Counted from the stretch's first letter, positions 1-9,767 are shown. The stretch is 64,000 nt of DNA from a virus (IMGVR_UViG_3300033146_002139:103707-167706), one strand, 5' to 3'. Made by a program: numbers and translations. Notes: a model not told the origin generated them from the sequence alone.

Positions 1-484
1 AAACACAACTTTCTTTTGAATACAACTGCCCATCCCCATTGATGTCCTTATCTAGTTCGTATTTTTCAACTTTTTCTGCTATATTTTGAAAGCCTTTTAG
101 CTTAGCAACATCTTTTAGAAAATTTTGAAATATCAACCATTCTGTGGATACTTTAACATTCTTAGCTCCGTAAAATCTGTAGGCCTTGTTTTGTTGATTG
201 TAACACCTTGCTATAATGTTTATCCAAATGTTGTAAATTTTTTCGTTCCCTTTTTTATTAGCGTTCCCAATACTTGCAACACCATATATCTTTGGATAGT
301 AAATGTCTTTAACTTCCCCGTTTACGATTTCTCTTATAGAAGCTTTTGTTTTATGTTTCGTTAACAAAAATTCTATTAAAAACTGCCTTTTTTTGTTTTT
401 GCTATCTAGCTCTGTAATTATCTTAAACTTGCCATAGTTATTTGAATTAAATACAGAGCCGTTAGGGATACTTCTTTTTCTCAT
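1..484 (-). CDS. hypothetical protein, partial (N-terminus at 484; continues past window start)
   Basis: The reverse complement from ATG (482-484) reads MRKRSIPNGSVFNSNNYGKFKIITELDSKNKK... and stays open to position 1. This start overlaps the stop of the upstream minus-strand gene (TAATG). The plus-strand ORF 125-364 in the track is probably its shadow. Confidence 0.4.
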   Translation of the reverse strand, partial: MRKRSIPNGSVFNSNNYGKFKIITELDSKNKKRQFLIEFLLTKHKTKASIREIVNGEVKDIYYPKIYGVASIGNANKKGNEKIYNIWINIIARCYNQQNKAYRFYGAKNVKVSTEWLIFQNFLKDVAKLKGFQNIAEKVEKYELDKDINGDGQLYSKESCV

Positions 485-1389
485 TACAACACCATCTCAG
501 TTGATTTTACAATATTTATATTGTATTTCTTTTTAAGGACTTCGTAATCATCGTTGGTTTTTGCCTTATCTATTATAGTAGATGTGCAATCTTCTAAAAT
601 ATAGATTTTAGATGTTATATCAGGTCTTGTTTCGTAGTGCTCTAATATTTGTTTTATAGATTCTATAACACAAAAATCCTTAGCTTCTCCACCAATAATT
701 ATCTTATCGTACTTCTCTAGTTTGTTTAAAAAATCAATATTAACTTGGTTTTTAGGGGAGTATTCCGGCTTTAAAATCCCATACATTTCACTCATTGGGT
801 CTTGTCCTTTTACTAGATATTGTATTGCAGATTTCTTGGCAACACTGTAAAAGTATATCATATTTGTTAATTGGTTTTCTATTGCTGCGCCTTGAGTTCC
901 TTGTAGGCAGTGATATGGCCATATAACTAAAACTTTCTTTCCTAATTTCTCTAGGTTTTCTACATAATCCCTAGAGCCTATAGGATTTATAACAGGCTTC
1001 CACTTCCCATCGTTCAAATCGTCAAGCGTTATTGCTGTCAGAGGTGCAGGATTATCTCCATTCTCATCAACCCACCAGCAAGGATGGAATATTTGAAAAG
1101 GATTGTGAGTGTCAATAGACACCGCTACTCTTGAAATTTTATCCATATTATTATAGATAAATCTAGTAAAATTTTCTACATCTTTATGCGCTCCTGGAAC
1201 ACCAAGGCTACCATTTTCCATAAAATCATTTTGAAAATCTATTCCAATGACAAGTATGTTTTCAGGGTTTTTTGCTGACGGAGACAGATTCTCCTTGTTC
1301 GCTAAAGATAACAAATCACCTTGCACTAAAGGGTTTGTAGTATCTCCAATGCTTGATACATTTACAATTTCTTCATAATTAGTTTTCAT
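484..1389 (-). CDS. isochorismatase-family hydrolase, probable nicotinamidase (PncA-like) with about 50-aa N-terminal extension
   Basis: ILVIGIDFQNDF (Asp), SIDTHNP...FHPCWW (DWHP-like metal site) and GGEAKDFCVIES (catalytic Cys in the G-x-A-x-D-x-CV context) match the Asp-Lys-Cys cysteine-hydrolase pattern. Confidence 0.55.
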   Translation of the reverse strand: MKTNYEEIVNVSSIGDTTNPLVQGDLLSLANKENLSPSAKNPENILVIGIDFQNDFMENGSLGVPGAHKDVENFTRFIYNNMDKISRVAVSIDTHNPFQIFHPCWWVDENGDNPAPLTAITLDDLNDGKWKPVINPIGSRDYVENLEKLGKKVLVIWPYHCLQGTQGAAIENQLTNMIYFYSVAKKSAIQYLVKGQDPMSEMYGILKPEYSPKNQVNIDFLNKLEKYDKIIIGGEAKDFCVIESIKQILEHYETRPDITSKIYILEDCTSTIIDKAKTNDDYEVLKKKYNINIVKSTEMVL

Positions 1390-1669
1390 CTTTCTTCTCC
1401 GTTTTTGTTTTTGAGTCTTCGTTGCTACTTATGTACTTTATGTACTTCACGGGAATACCGTGTATCGTTTCTTCTTTGGTCATGTGGTTATCAACTTCGC
1501 CCATCACAAATCCTACTAACATGCCTACCCCAGCTATGTATCTGTAATTTTCGATAATTCCGGACGACACTAACACCCCTATAATTTGAAACCCTGAGAA
1601 TATTATAAAAAATCTTACAATACCTGCTTTGTATTTTTTTAAAAACTTCTTTATTTTATTCCATTTCAT
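1379..1669 (-). CDS. small membrane protein (2 predicted TM helices)
   Basis: Hydrophobic stretches FFIIFSGFQIIGVLVSSGII and AGVGMLVGFVMG; ATGA overlap with the downstream gene. Confidence 0.4.
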   Translation of the reverse strand: MKWNKIKKFLKKYKAGIVRFFIIFSGFQIIGVLVSSGIIENYRYIAGVGMLVGFVMGEVDNHMTKEETIHGIPVKYIKYISSNEDSKTKTEKKDEN

Positions 1670-1672
1670 GTA

Positions 1673-2182
1673 TTATTCTCCAAGAAATATGGTTTTAGCT
1701 ATTATTGTTTTTGGGTCTACAAATGACATACTCTCAACTTCCTTTTTACTTTTCCATTCAGCTTTTGTAACTTCATCGCCCTCTATCATAGTATCTGTGG
1801 ATTTTGATGTAACAAGTATTTTATATATGGTCATTGTGCTATCGCTATTTCCTACATTTATAAAGTACTTAGCGACCTCCCTAATATCCTTTATGTCAAA
1901 TTCCGGAATATTGCACTCTTCTTTCAACTCTTCAATCATGATTTTGTCATCAGGAAGTTGTTTGTCTATGATTCCGGCGGGTATTTCGTATGTTAAGCCC
2001 TCAATACAAGGGCGGTACTGCATAACTAGCAACATTTTTCCATCTTCGTTTACAACCAAAGCACTAACTGCAGAATTAAGGTCAACTTTTTCATAAGTTT
2101 TTTTATTATAACGGTAGGTTTTTACCTTAACAAATCCATCATACACAATCTTTTCACTACTCATCGCCATTAAAACCCTCAC
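1673..2182 (-). CDS. Nudix hydrolase (ADP-ribose pyrophosphatase-like)
   Basis: Nudix-box-like PAGIIDKQLPDDKIMIEELKEECNI (GX5EX7REUXEEXGU pattern). The size (169 aa) and layout resemble NudF/ADPRase. Confidence 0.6.
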   Translation of the reverse strand: MRVLMAMSSEKIVYDGFVKVKTYRYNKKTYEKVDLNSAVSALVVNEDGKMLLVMQYRPCIEGLTYEIPAGIIDKQLPDDKIMIEELKEECNIPEFDIKDIREVAKYFINVGNSDSTMTIYKILVTSKSTDTMIEGDEVTKAEWKSKKEVESMSFVDPKTIIAKTIFLGE

Positions 2183-2441
2183 TGTCTATATTGTAAGCAT
2201 CTTTAATATCCGTCTTCTGTAAGAAATTACTGTCATTATCACAGTTTTCACACATTAATGACGATGGATAATACTCACATTTATGACACTTTGAATACGT
2301 TGCTTTTCTAAATTTATACACTCCATATGCAAGATATGTTAGTATAAGAATGCTTATTATTGCTACAAACCAAATCAAATTAAACATGTTGACTCCATTT
2401 TTTGGATTGTTGTAAAATAACCTTAAAGTCAATTCCAGCAT
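2157..2441 (-). CDS. small membrane protein with CxxC...CxxC cluster
   Basis: TM helix LIWFVAIISILILTYLAYGVY followed by CHKCEY...CENC; overlaps its neighbours. Confidence 0.35.
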   Translation of the reverse strand: MLELTLRLFYNNPKNGVNMFNLIWFVAIISILILTYLAYGVYKFRKATYSKCHKCEYYPSSLMCENCDNDSNFLQKTDIKDAYNIDSEGFNGDE

Positions 2442-3396
2442 CTCCTATAAGACGAGAGCTGTATTTTGAATAAAAATGTTTTAAAATGTTTTCCGGGTTT
2501 CTTTTTCTATTCATTTTAAATTTAATTTTAGTAACTTCTTTTTGTATTCTGCTGTTTTTAAGAAAGCAATTGCTCAATCTTTCTGGAGCTATAACCCCAT
2601 CTTTTACAAATACTATTTTCTTGTTTACTCTTCTTGCTTTAAACCCTTTTATCATTTTATCCGGAATGGTGTCTACATAAGCTAAGTCTCTATTGTTTAA
2701 GTCTTTAGCTTTAGCTTTAAATCCTTTCCACGATTCAACTATTTTAGAGGCATTCCATTCTACATCCCATGAGCTTGGAGTTTTCCTGTCTCTATCTAGC
2801 GAAATTCTTGATGGCGGGAAGTTATATGCGTATGTTAACTTCGGAATATTCGTAACAAAAAGACCTCCAACATAAATATCTCCAGCATTCTTATCTATTA
2901 TTTGCCCATAGTATTCATTTTCATGGATTATGTCATTTCTTTTTGCTAGCTTAGCATCATATTCCCTAAAACTATCCTTGTCGATGTCAAACTCAATAGA
3001 GAAAGGCATTCTGTTTGCGGTTTCGTGTATCTCTATTCCAAAACATTCTCCAAGATGAATATCGTCATAAAACACTGGGACTAATCTCTTTCCTGGAATA
3101 TCTATTGCAACATCAAGTTCTTCTCTAAGAAGTATGAGTAATGCCATCTTAAGACCTTCTCCATGTTGTCCTATTTTAGAATTATCACCCCTCTTTCCTG
3201 AGATTCCTATCTTTAAAAATTCTAGGCTAGTAGGATTAAAATTGTTCGACATTTTAACAGAGAATGTGTCTTCATCGTTCTCTTCGGTATCGAACACTCC
3301 AAAATCTTCAAAATTTTGAAAAATTTCTCTGAGAGCTTCGTCAATTCCCCAGTTAGGTAAGTACTCTCTGCTTATTCCGTATTTAATTAAGTCCAT
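2380..3396 (-). CDS. hypothetical protein, possible GHKL (Bergerat-fold) ATPase-like N-terminus
   Basis: 338-aa ORF. EIFQNFEDFG (N-box-like E..N..D) and GISGKRGDNSKIGQHGEGLK (G1/G2-like glycine motifs) give a weak GHKL signature. Confidence 0.5.
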   Translation of the reverse strand: MDLIKYGISREYLPNWGIDEALREIFQNFEDFGVFDTEENDEDTFSVKMSNNFNPTSLEFLKIGISGKRGDNSKIGQHGEGLKMALLILLREELDVAIDIPGKRLVPVFYDDIHLGECFGIEIHETANRMPFSIEFDIDKDSFREYDAKLAKRNDIIHENEYYGQIIDKNAGDIYVGGLFVTNIPKLTYAYNFPPSRISLDRDRKTPSSWDVEWNASKIVESWKGFKAKAKDLNNRDLAYVDTIPDKMIKGFKARRVNKKIVFVKDGVIAPERLSNCFLKNSRIQKEVTKIKFKMNRKRNPENILKHFYSKYSSRLIGDAGIDFKVILQQSKKWSQHV

Positions 3397-3514
3397 GTTT
3401 CTTTCCTTTATAAGTAAGCGACCGCCCCTTGAAATTATCGTGGTTAACTATATCTTCTTTACCTTCCTAGTTAGGTGTATAGAGACTAGAAGTCGCTTTT
3501 GTTTAGCAATTACC

Positions 3515-4603
3515 TTACTCTTTTACATCACCTGTTTCAGTAACAACACTTTCTTTTTTAGCTACTTTAGGCTTTCTTTTAGCCTTTGGTTTTACAATCT
3601 TGATTCTACTATCAACAGGAATGCTTATCTCTACAATACCTGCATCAATATTGTATTCCAGTCTTTCAACTTCAAATTTTTCCGGTATAAGAAATGCGTT
3701 CTCTGTTTCAAGGTCAACACTCTCTCCAATAAAAGAGGTTACTTTTGAGTAGTCTACTTTTAAGTAAACAGAATTACTTTTGGTGTCAATCGTTACTTTT
3801 GTGTTTGACTCCGTAGAACCTGGTACTAATACTGCTAGCTTGTAACTTTCAAGTGTTTCTCTAATTGCTTTAATCATTTTGTTCTCCTTTTGTTTTCCAA
3901 TACAACTGACAAAATTATTTTTTAATCTCTGCCAACTTTCAGGCATTGGCTCTTGCATTGGTAATATTTTTATATCATCTTTATTTTTTAATTTAGGATA
4001 GTAAGGTCTACATGTAGGAAATAACACCTCTGCACTTACTTCTTTTCCGTACTCTTCTAGGTACTCTACTAAAGCATCTGTTATATCGTTTTCATGTTCA
4101 TATAGTCTAACAAAATACTTATAGAGGTTTACTAATTTCTCATAATCATTAACAAATTTACTTGTCTGTCCTCCGTCTATACTAACCATCTCTTTTGCAT
4201 TTGGAGAGGTAGGTATTTTCATTGGAAACAAAGGGAATCTTGTCAGTTTAAAATCATATTCACTTTCAAACTCTCCTATAAAGTCGTCCTCACCTCTTTC
4301 ACATCTAGAACCCTCGCATCCGGTGTGCATCGAGCCACCGCCAGCATGTCCTTCAAAATGAACATCGTTGCATCTCTCGCAAAGAGCATCCCTATTCTCT
4401 TCTATTAATAATTCTTGAAGTTTTTCTGCGGTTTGGAGAATAGTATTTTCTTTTTTTGTTTCGGTGTATTCCCCGCTTTCCCACTCACCAAGAACCTCTC
4501 TTCTGTAGCGGGCTGCATCCTTATCTACTAAATCTTTCATTTCTCTAGCCTTACTTTCGCACCAGTCGATGTCGTATAAAATTCCTTTTTCTTTTACAAT
4601 CAT
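3515..4603 (-). CDS. hypothetical protein (Cys/His-rich central region)
   Basis: 362-aa ORF containing CERCNDVHFEGHAGGGSMHTGCEGSRCERGED; no family recognised. Confidence 0.55.
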   Translation of the reverse strand: MIVKEKGILYDIDWCESKAREMKDLVDKDAARYRREVLGEWESGEYTETKKENTILQTAEKLQELLIEENRDALCERCNDVHFEGHAGGGSMHTGCEGSRCERGEDDFIGEFESEYDFKLTRFPLFPMKIPTSPNAKEMVSIDGGQTSKFVNDYEKLVNLYKYFVRLYEHENDITDALVEYLEEYGKEVSAEVLFPTCRPYYPKLKNKDDIKILPMQEPMPESWQRLKNNFVSCIGKQKENKMIKAIRETLESYKLAVLVPGSTESNTKVTIDTKSNSVYLKVDYSKVTSFIGESVDLETENAFLIPEKFEVERLEYNIDAGIVEISIPVDSRIKIVKPKAKRKPKVAKKESVVTETGDVKE

Positions 4604-4682
4604 TTTAAATCCTTATTTAATCTTACGAATGCTAACTCCAACAGGAAACCTAGGTTTGTCAGTATTATCGGTAAGCTCAAAC

Positions 4683-5348
4683 CTAATCAGTCTCATGTTC
4701 TACAAGTTTCTTGGCAAATTCTAAAACTATATCATCTTCCCATGTATGTTTTGCGTAATTGTAAATCATGCAGACAAGCTGAATATTATCTTTTGTATAT
4801 CCTTTTCCTGGAATTATTTGGTCTATAGACGGCCCGTAAGGGGACTTTCCTTTTTTTTTAAGTTCAAACGAGACACCGGTTTTTGCACATTTCCAATTTT
4901 GCTTTTCTGCTAATGAAACGACATAATCACTGGTGATGTCGTAAAACCCAAACTTTTTTGCCCTGCCTATTATAACTCTAGCTATTTCCCTTATATTGCT
5001 CTCTAAGGACATGGTTCTAATTAGCCTGCCTCTTTGCCTTCTGTATTCATCTCTACATTCGCTACTACATCTCTTTCTATTTTTAATACCTACATAATTA
5101 AACTTCCTATTACATACAGTACAAGTAGATGTTTTAGTTGTCGTTAGTCGCTTTTGCATGAATTCTTTAGCTAGGCATCCACAACTCTTAGTTCCTTCTT
5201 TTCTTACAAGGGATGATGCTCTTACTGTTTTTTCTCCACCGCAGCTACACTTGCATAGCCAAGCAGGTTTCCCATCTTTATTACTTGCTCTTGCTTTGAC
5301 AGTTAATCTTCCAAATTCTCTATTAGTTAAATCAGTAGGAGTAGACAT
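4683..5348 (-). CDS. zinc-ribbon protein with C-terminal HNH/His-Me-finger-like region
   Basis: CKCSCGGEKTV...SCGCLAKE and CTVCNRKF...CSSEC near the N-terminus; C-terminal IDQIIPGKGYTKDNIQLVCMIYNYAKHTW resembles an HNH-type nuclease core. Confidence 0.5.
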   Translation of the reverse strand: MSTPTDLTNREFGRLTVKARASNKDGKPAWLCKCSCGGEKTVRASSLVRKEGTKSCGCLAKEFMQKRLTTTKTSTCTVCNRKFNYVGIKNRKRCSSECRDEYRRQRGRLIRTMSLESNIREIARVIIGRAKKFGFYDITSDYVVSLAEKQNWKCAKTGVSFELKKKGKSPYGPSIDQIIPGKGYTKDNIQLVCMIYNYAKHTWEDDIVLEFAKKLVEHETD

Positions 5349-5399
5349 AAAAATCCTTTTTTAAGGCAATATACTATTTGTAAGGGCAAGTGTCAATAG

Positions 5400-6704
5400 T
5401 TATTTAATTTTTCTTATTGATACTCCAACAGGAAACCTTGGAATACCGTTATCATCTCCGGTTTCAAAATACCTTATAGTGAGCATCTCACCTATAAAAG
5501 ATGCTGCCCTTTCAAAAAGGTCTTTTCTGTAGTTTCTAGCACCTTTTGGTTTGCAGTCAAATTCATATCCTTGCTTCGTGATACATCTCCAAACGACCGT
5601 ACCTATGTCGTTTCCATCTGCCTCTTTATATCCTATTATCTCAAACTCGTCATCTTCAAAATCTTTCTTTTTTAGTAAGTTTTCAGACCTTTTGTCGATT
5701 TCGTAAATGCCTTCCATATTTCTTATTATAGAACCTTCGTACCCTTCAAGGATAAGCTTTTTATGTATCTCGTCAACCTCTTCCCAATTCTGTGCAATAT
5801 AATTAGGAACTATTTCAAGGTATTCGCATTGGTCAACTATCTTTTTTGCTTCATTGTATCTTGTCATAAAAACTTCTGCAGAGACCTCAAATTTATCTAT
5901 TTTACCTTTAGGACATTTGCCTAGATAATCAATCCAAAATGAATCGTACACCATTAATTTTATTTTTAATTGGTCAGCAATTTTATCTGCTGTCATATTC
6001 TTTTCTCTGGCAACAATACTTGTTATCTCTTGGAAAGTAAGCTCGTGAGAATAAAGCTCTCCATCAAGCACTCTGTTTCTTGGTGCAAAATCCTCAACTT
6101 CTCTTTTAATATGGTCAAAAAGCTCAAATACTGTATTCTCTCTTGATTGCATTCTAGCTTTTATTTTTCTTTGTCCATTATTGTCAGGTATTCTTGTAAA
6201 GCTGTTTTTTACAGTACATCTTATCCCGTCTAATTTAGGTTGGACTACAACAGGGAATGTAATTTTTTCTTTTACAGGTTTTTTAGGTGATGTTGACTTG
6301 CCGATTTTTTTAGCAGTCTTTCTTATATCACTTTCTTTCTTTGCCAGCATAGGCAGTATAACTAATCTGTGTTCTGCTTCATAAGCGCTTATAAAATAAC
6401 CTACTTTCTTTTTCTTTTTCCACATTGATAAAGCCTGAGAAATAGCCTGTTCTTCTACTGTAGTCTCATTAGCTTTTCCAATATTTTTGCCGGATTTAAT
6501 AATCTTCCCTTTATCGATTGTTAATTTACCATCTACATAACCTCTATATGTCTTTATGACTATATTATAATTGTCGTTAAATGGATTCGGGTCGTTTATA
6601 TCTGCACCATCTTTAAGTATAGACTCAACTTTGATAGTGTTTTTCTGTATCTTGCCTGTACTAGCTTTTTTATAAAGGGATGGCATTTCTTTTATAATGC
6701 TCAT
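5400..6704 (-). CDS. ATP-dependent DNA ligase (with about 140-aa N-terminal extension)
   Basis: Motif I VVVQPKLDGIRCTV (KxDGxR), EGYEGSIIRNMEGIYE (motif IV) and LLKKKDFEDDEFEIIGY (motif V/KxK), consistent with a nucleotidyltransferase-superfamily ligase. Confidence 0.7.
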   Translation of the reverse strand: MSIIKEMPSLYKKASTGKIQKNTIKVESILKDGADINDPNPFNDNYNIVIKTYRGYVDGKLTIDKGKIIKSGKNIGKANETTVEEQAISQALSMWKKKKKVGYFISAYEAEHRLVILPMLAKKESDIRKTAKKIGKSTSPKKPVKEKITFPVVVQPKLDGIRCTVKNSFTRIPDNNGQRKIKARMQSRENTVFELFDHIKREVEDFAPRNRVLDGELYSHELTFQEITSIVAREKNMTADKIADQLKIKLMVYDSFWIDYLGKCPKGKIDKFEVSAEVFMTRYNEAKKIVDQCEYLEIVPNYIAQNWEEVDEIHKKLILEGYEGSIIRNMEGIYEIDKRSENLLKKKDFEDDEFEIIGYKEADGNDIGTVVWRCITKQGYEFDCKPKGARNYRKDLFERAASFIGEMLTIRYFETGDDNGIPRFPVGVSIRKIK

Positions 6705-6713
6705 ATTAATCTC

Positions 6714-8117
6714 CTAAAGTTTTTTTAATAGTAATTCACCTAGCAATTCTTTATCTGTACTCTTATATCTTTTTTCAAAAGACTCAGCAGGTTTTGTTGA
6801 GTAGGAAGATTCATTTATTGTTTTTGTAACTGCATCAATATATTTGCTAAACCTACCTTCAGTAGTATGGTAAAAGACTTTAGAGATGCTATTCTTTTTC
6901 AAAAGCTTTTCATATTTAAGTGCTAACGATGTGTCTATTGCAAATGAGATGTATTCAGTTTTATTTATAAACTCTACCCAATCTACGGTATATATTTTTT
7001 CTTTTATCTCGGAAGCTCTACCTGTATTTTTAAATCCCAATAGAAGCATTTTAGTACCGTATAGCTTTTTTTCCTCTATAAAGTTAATGACCTTTTTAAA
7101 TTCCGAAAGAGACTCTAATCCCATGACATAATGCAACGTGATATTATATAGATTCGGTCTGTGTTTTAAAATCTTCTCTATATCTGACACGGTGTTAATT
7201 GATATTCCAATACTTCCTGTTATATTAAACAGTCTATCTGCAAATGATGGGTATTTTAGCCAATCTGTTTCTCTTGTTGTAAAATTAGGTGTAATACCTT
7301 TTTCTCTTGTGTATTCTAAAATCTCTAATAGTCTAGGATGGTTAGTTGTTTCTCCGCCGCCAAAAGCTATTTCAAAAACACCTTTTTCTGCTAGTACATC
7401 AATAATATCATTTACATATAAAGTTTCTTTCCCATCAGGAGTTGAATTGTTATAGCAAAAAGAACAATTGTGTTCACATTTGTGCGATATTCTTAAGTCT
7501 ATTAAGTCAGGAGTTATGTTGTTGTTATTTTCTATGCTATCCATCTCTTCGAGTTTGTTAGAGTATCTGATTTTATTCCCGTAGTTTACATCAAACAGTG
7601 TCCATCCAAAAGATTCTTTCCTTATTTTGTAATAAGAACTTTCTCTCATTATAGGTTCGTATACGACTCCAATTTGGGGCCTAAATTTGTCATCGCAGTT
7701 ATCGTTTCCACCTTCAATGACAAGGTTTTCATTGTTTGCTATTGAATATGCAAATTCTTTAAAAAAATCTATAGCATATTCGCCATCTGCATATTTTGGC
7801 ACTTCAAATAAAGACTGATGGTCAACATAATCTCCGCTATCAAATTCAACATCAGGAAATGCTTTAGCAACTATGCGTTTTTTCTTTGACTTATCTTTTT
7901 CGTTATCTTCCCATCTACCTCCGATATTTGTCCATAATGTTGCAGCGAAGTATCTAAGTTTAGACTCTTTGCTTAAACAAAGGAAAGTATTCCATCCAAA
8001 TTCCCCGTCGCTATCATCATCATATAAGTCTTTTTTATTTTTCGCACTCACTTTTATTATAGAGTGACTGCTACTACTGTTTGTGGCAAATCCTCTTCTT
8101 ATATTTATAGCTTTCAT
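6714..8117 (-). CDS. radical SAM domain protein with about 200-aa N-terminal domain of unknown function
   Basis: CEHNCSFCYN (Cx3Cx2C) followed by FGGGETTNHP (glycine-rich SAM-binding region); 467 aa. Confidence 0.6.
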   Translation of the reverse strand: MKAINIRRGFATNSSSSHSIIKVSAKNKKDLYDDDSDGEFGWNTFLCLSKESKLRYFAATLWTNIGGRWEDNEKDKSKKKRIVAKAFPDVEFDSGDYVDHQSLFEVPKYADGEYAIDFFKEFAYSIANNENLVIEGGNDNCDDKFRPQIGVVYEPIMRESSYYKIRKESFGWTLFDVNYGNKIRYSNKLEEMDSIENNNNITPDLIDLRISHKCEHNCSFCYNNSTPDGKETLYVNDIIDVLAEKGVFEIAFGGGETTNHPRLLEILEYTREKGITPNFTTRETDWLKYPSFADRLFNITGSIGISINTVSDIEKILKHRPNLYNITLHYVMGLESLSEFKKVINFIEEKKLYGTKMLLLGFKNTGRASEIKEKIYTVDWVEFINKTEYISFAIDTSLALKYEKLLKKNSISKVFYHTTEGRFSKYIDAVTKTINESSYSTKPAESFEKRYKSTDKELLGELLLKKL

Positions 8118-8698
8118 TTTATATCCAATTTTTTAAGTTTAACTTCTATAGAGTGATTTTTATAGTCAGATTCGTTGAGCTTTCTTTTTTCTACAGTACC
8201 TATAACTAAAGATTTCGAATCGTTGCTTATTTCTAAGTAGTCTTTGATATGTAGATTATCAGTGTCTATAAGAAATATTTGCTTATTTTTAGTATCGTTA
8301 CCACGTATAGCTTTTCTTATTTTAGACATAGCATGTGTTTGAGGATAAAAAACTATGCTATTTTTTTTCTTAAGGAGTTCTATTTCCATTTCTGCATCAT
8401 TTACTTTTTTGTTTGTTCCTGTTTTTATCCCTTTTGAGCATTCGTTTTTTGATACCTCTTTATTCGTTGCCGAGTGCAAGAACAGTGGGTGTAATGCTGT
8501 ATCTGTATTATTAAAAAAAACAATGTCCACATTTTCATTATTCCTCAATATACTAATAGCAAAATCCATTAGTATTGTAGTTTTTCCTGAATTTGCATAT
8601 CCTGTTAAAGCATAGGCAGTATTTTCTAATGCATTTAGTTGCTTTTTGCTGTCAAGACTGATGTCTCCATTGTACATTTCATTTCCAATTTTAATCAT
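8114..8698 (-). CDS. small RecA-like P-loop ATPase (Sak4/DnaB-C-terminal-like?)
   Basis: Walker A LTGYANSGKTTILMDFA and Walker B-like KQIFLIDTDNL in 194 aa; ATGA-coupled to the radical SAM gene; sits near ssb. Confidence 0.5.
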   Translation of the reverse strand: MIKIGNEMYNGDISLDSKKQLNALENTAYALTGYANSGKTTILMDFAISILRNNENVDIVFFNNTDTALHPLFLHSATNKEVSKNECSKGIKTGTNKKVNDAEMEIELLKKKNSIVFYPQTHAMSKIRKAIRGNDTKNKQIFLIDTDNLHIKDYLEISNDSKSLVIGTVEKRKLNESDYKNHSIEVKLKKLDIK

Positions 8699-8764
8699 AA
8701 TCCTTCTCCGAATAAAAAAGCAGTACGATTAAATACTGCTTTAGATTGATATTGTAACTTGCGG

Positions 8765-9262
8765 TTATTTCGTTAGAGTTGATAATAAAGAGGTGTGGCT
8801 ATCTTTTGAGTCAAGCAATACCCCCTTTAGATTCCTATACATCTTTCTCTCTTGGTCGTAGACCATAAATCTGTGAAGTAAGCTATGCTCTTCGTTTGTT
8901 AAGTGTATAATATCTTTAAAATGCTTATCATTGTAACTCCAATGATGCCTATGTTCTTTTTCTTTGGGCATTCTTTGTGATGCTATTTTGGCGTAGTATT
9001 TTTCAGGGTATTTTTCTTTGTGTCTTCTGATTGTTTCTGCTTTTTTTTCAGAGCTTGGTTTTTTGCATCCAAGTCTATGATATTTTTCACGACCTCTTTC
9101 TTTTTCTTTTTCGACCCAATCTGGGTTTGTTTCTCTCAACTTCTTTTCTCTTGCAGAAGTTCTTTTTCTAACACACTCTTTACAGGTTCTAGCCGTAGAA
9201 TAAAAATCTGTAATATTTTTTTCTGTGTTACACCCAGGGCAATTCTTTTTTAATTCACTCAT
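8765..9262 (-). CDS. hypothetical basic zinc-finger protein
   Basis: CPGCNTEKN...CKECVRKR at the N-terminus, Lys/Arg/Glu-rich middle, HRHHW...H C-terminal region. Confidence 0.5.
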   Translation of the reverse strand: MSELKKNCPGCNTEKNITDFYSTARTCKECVRKRTSAREKKLRETNPDWVEKEKERGREKYHRLGCKKPSSEKKAETIRRHKEKYPEKYYAKIASQRMPKEKEHRHHWSYNDKHFKDIIHLTNEEHSLLHRFMVYDQERKMYRNLKGVLLDSKDSHTSLLSTLTK

Positions 9263-9338
9263 TTAAGCTCCTTTTTTAAGTTACCTGCAATATAACACAG
9301 AAAGGTAGATATGTCAAGATAATTTTACCGTTCCTATA

Positions 9339-9767
9339 TTAAAATGGCAAATCATCTGACTCGTCTTGTTTCGTTGCAGGCGGAGTACTTGGTGCAGTTG
9401 CCTTTGAATCTCCATCTTGCTTAGGAGCTGACTTCTTATTTAGTGCCACAAGCTGATTGATATTGATATCTTTCTTTTCTTTTGGAGTTCCATCTTCTGC
9501 TGTCCACTTATTTGTCTTAATCTTTCCGACAACATATACAGAATCTCCTTTACCAAGATTTTGTCTGTCAATAAACTCAGCACTTTTACCCCATGCTATA
9601 ATATTATGCCATTCAACTTCGTCTTTGTAAGTCCCATCTTTTTGCTTGTACCCCTCACTTGTCGCAAGTGAAAACTTTACCATTGCCGTTCCATTTCCTA
9701 ATACTTTTGATTCTACATCACTTCCTATTCTTCCTAGAAGAGTTACTGCATTCACGCTGTTTGCCAT
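9339..9767 (-). CDS. ssb: single-stranded DNA-binding protein
   Basis: OB-fold signature VTLLGRIG..., WHNIIAWGKSAEF, and an acidic tail ending DESDDLPF. Confidence 0.85.
   Translation of the reverse strand: MANSVNAVTLLGRIGSDVESKVLGNGTAMVKFSLATSEGYKQKDGTYKDEVEWHNIIAWGKSAEFIDRQNLGKGDSVYVVGKIKTNKWTAEDGTPKEKKDININQLVALNKKSAPKQDGDSKATAPSTPPATKQDESDDLPF

Noticed and set aside
125-364. Plus-strand 79-aa ORF (MKYQPFCGYFNILSS...)
   Set aside because: Low-complexity and hydrophobic. It lies entirely inside a longer minus-strand reading frame (1-484) that is translationally coupled to the nicotinamidase gene, so it is most likely an antisense shadow ORF.
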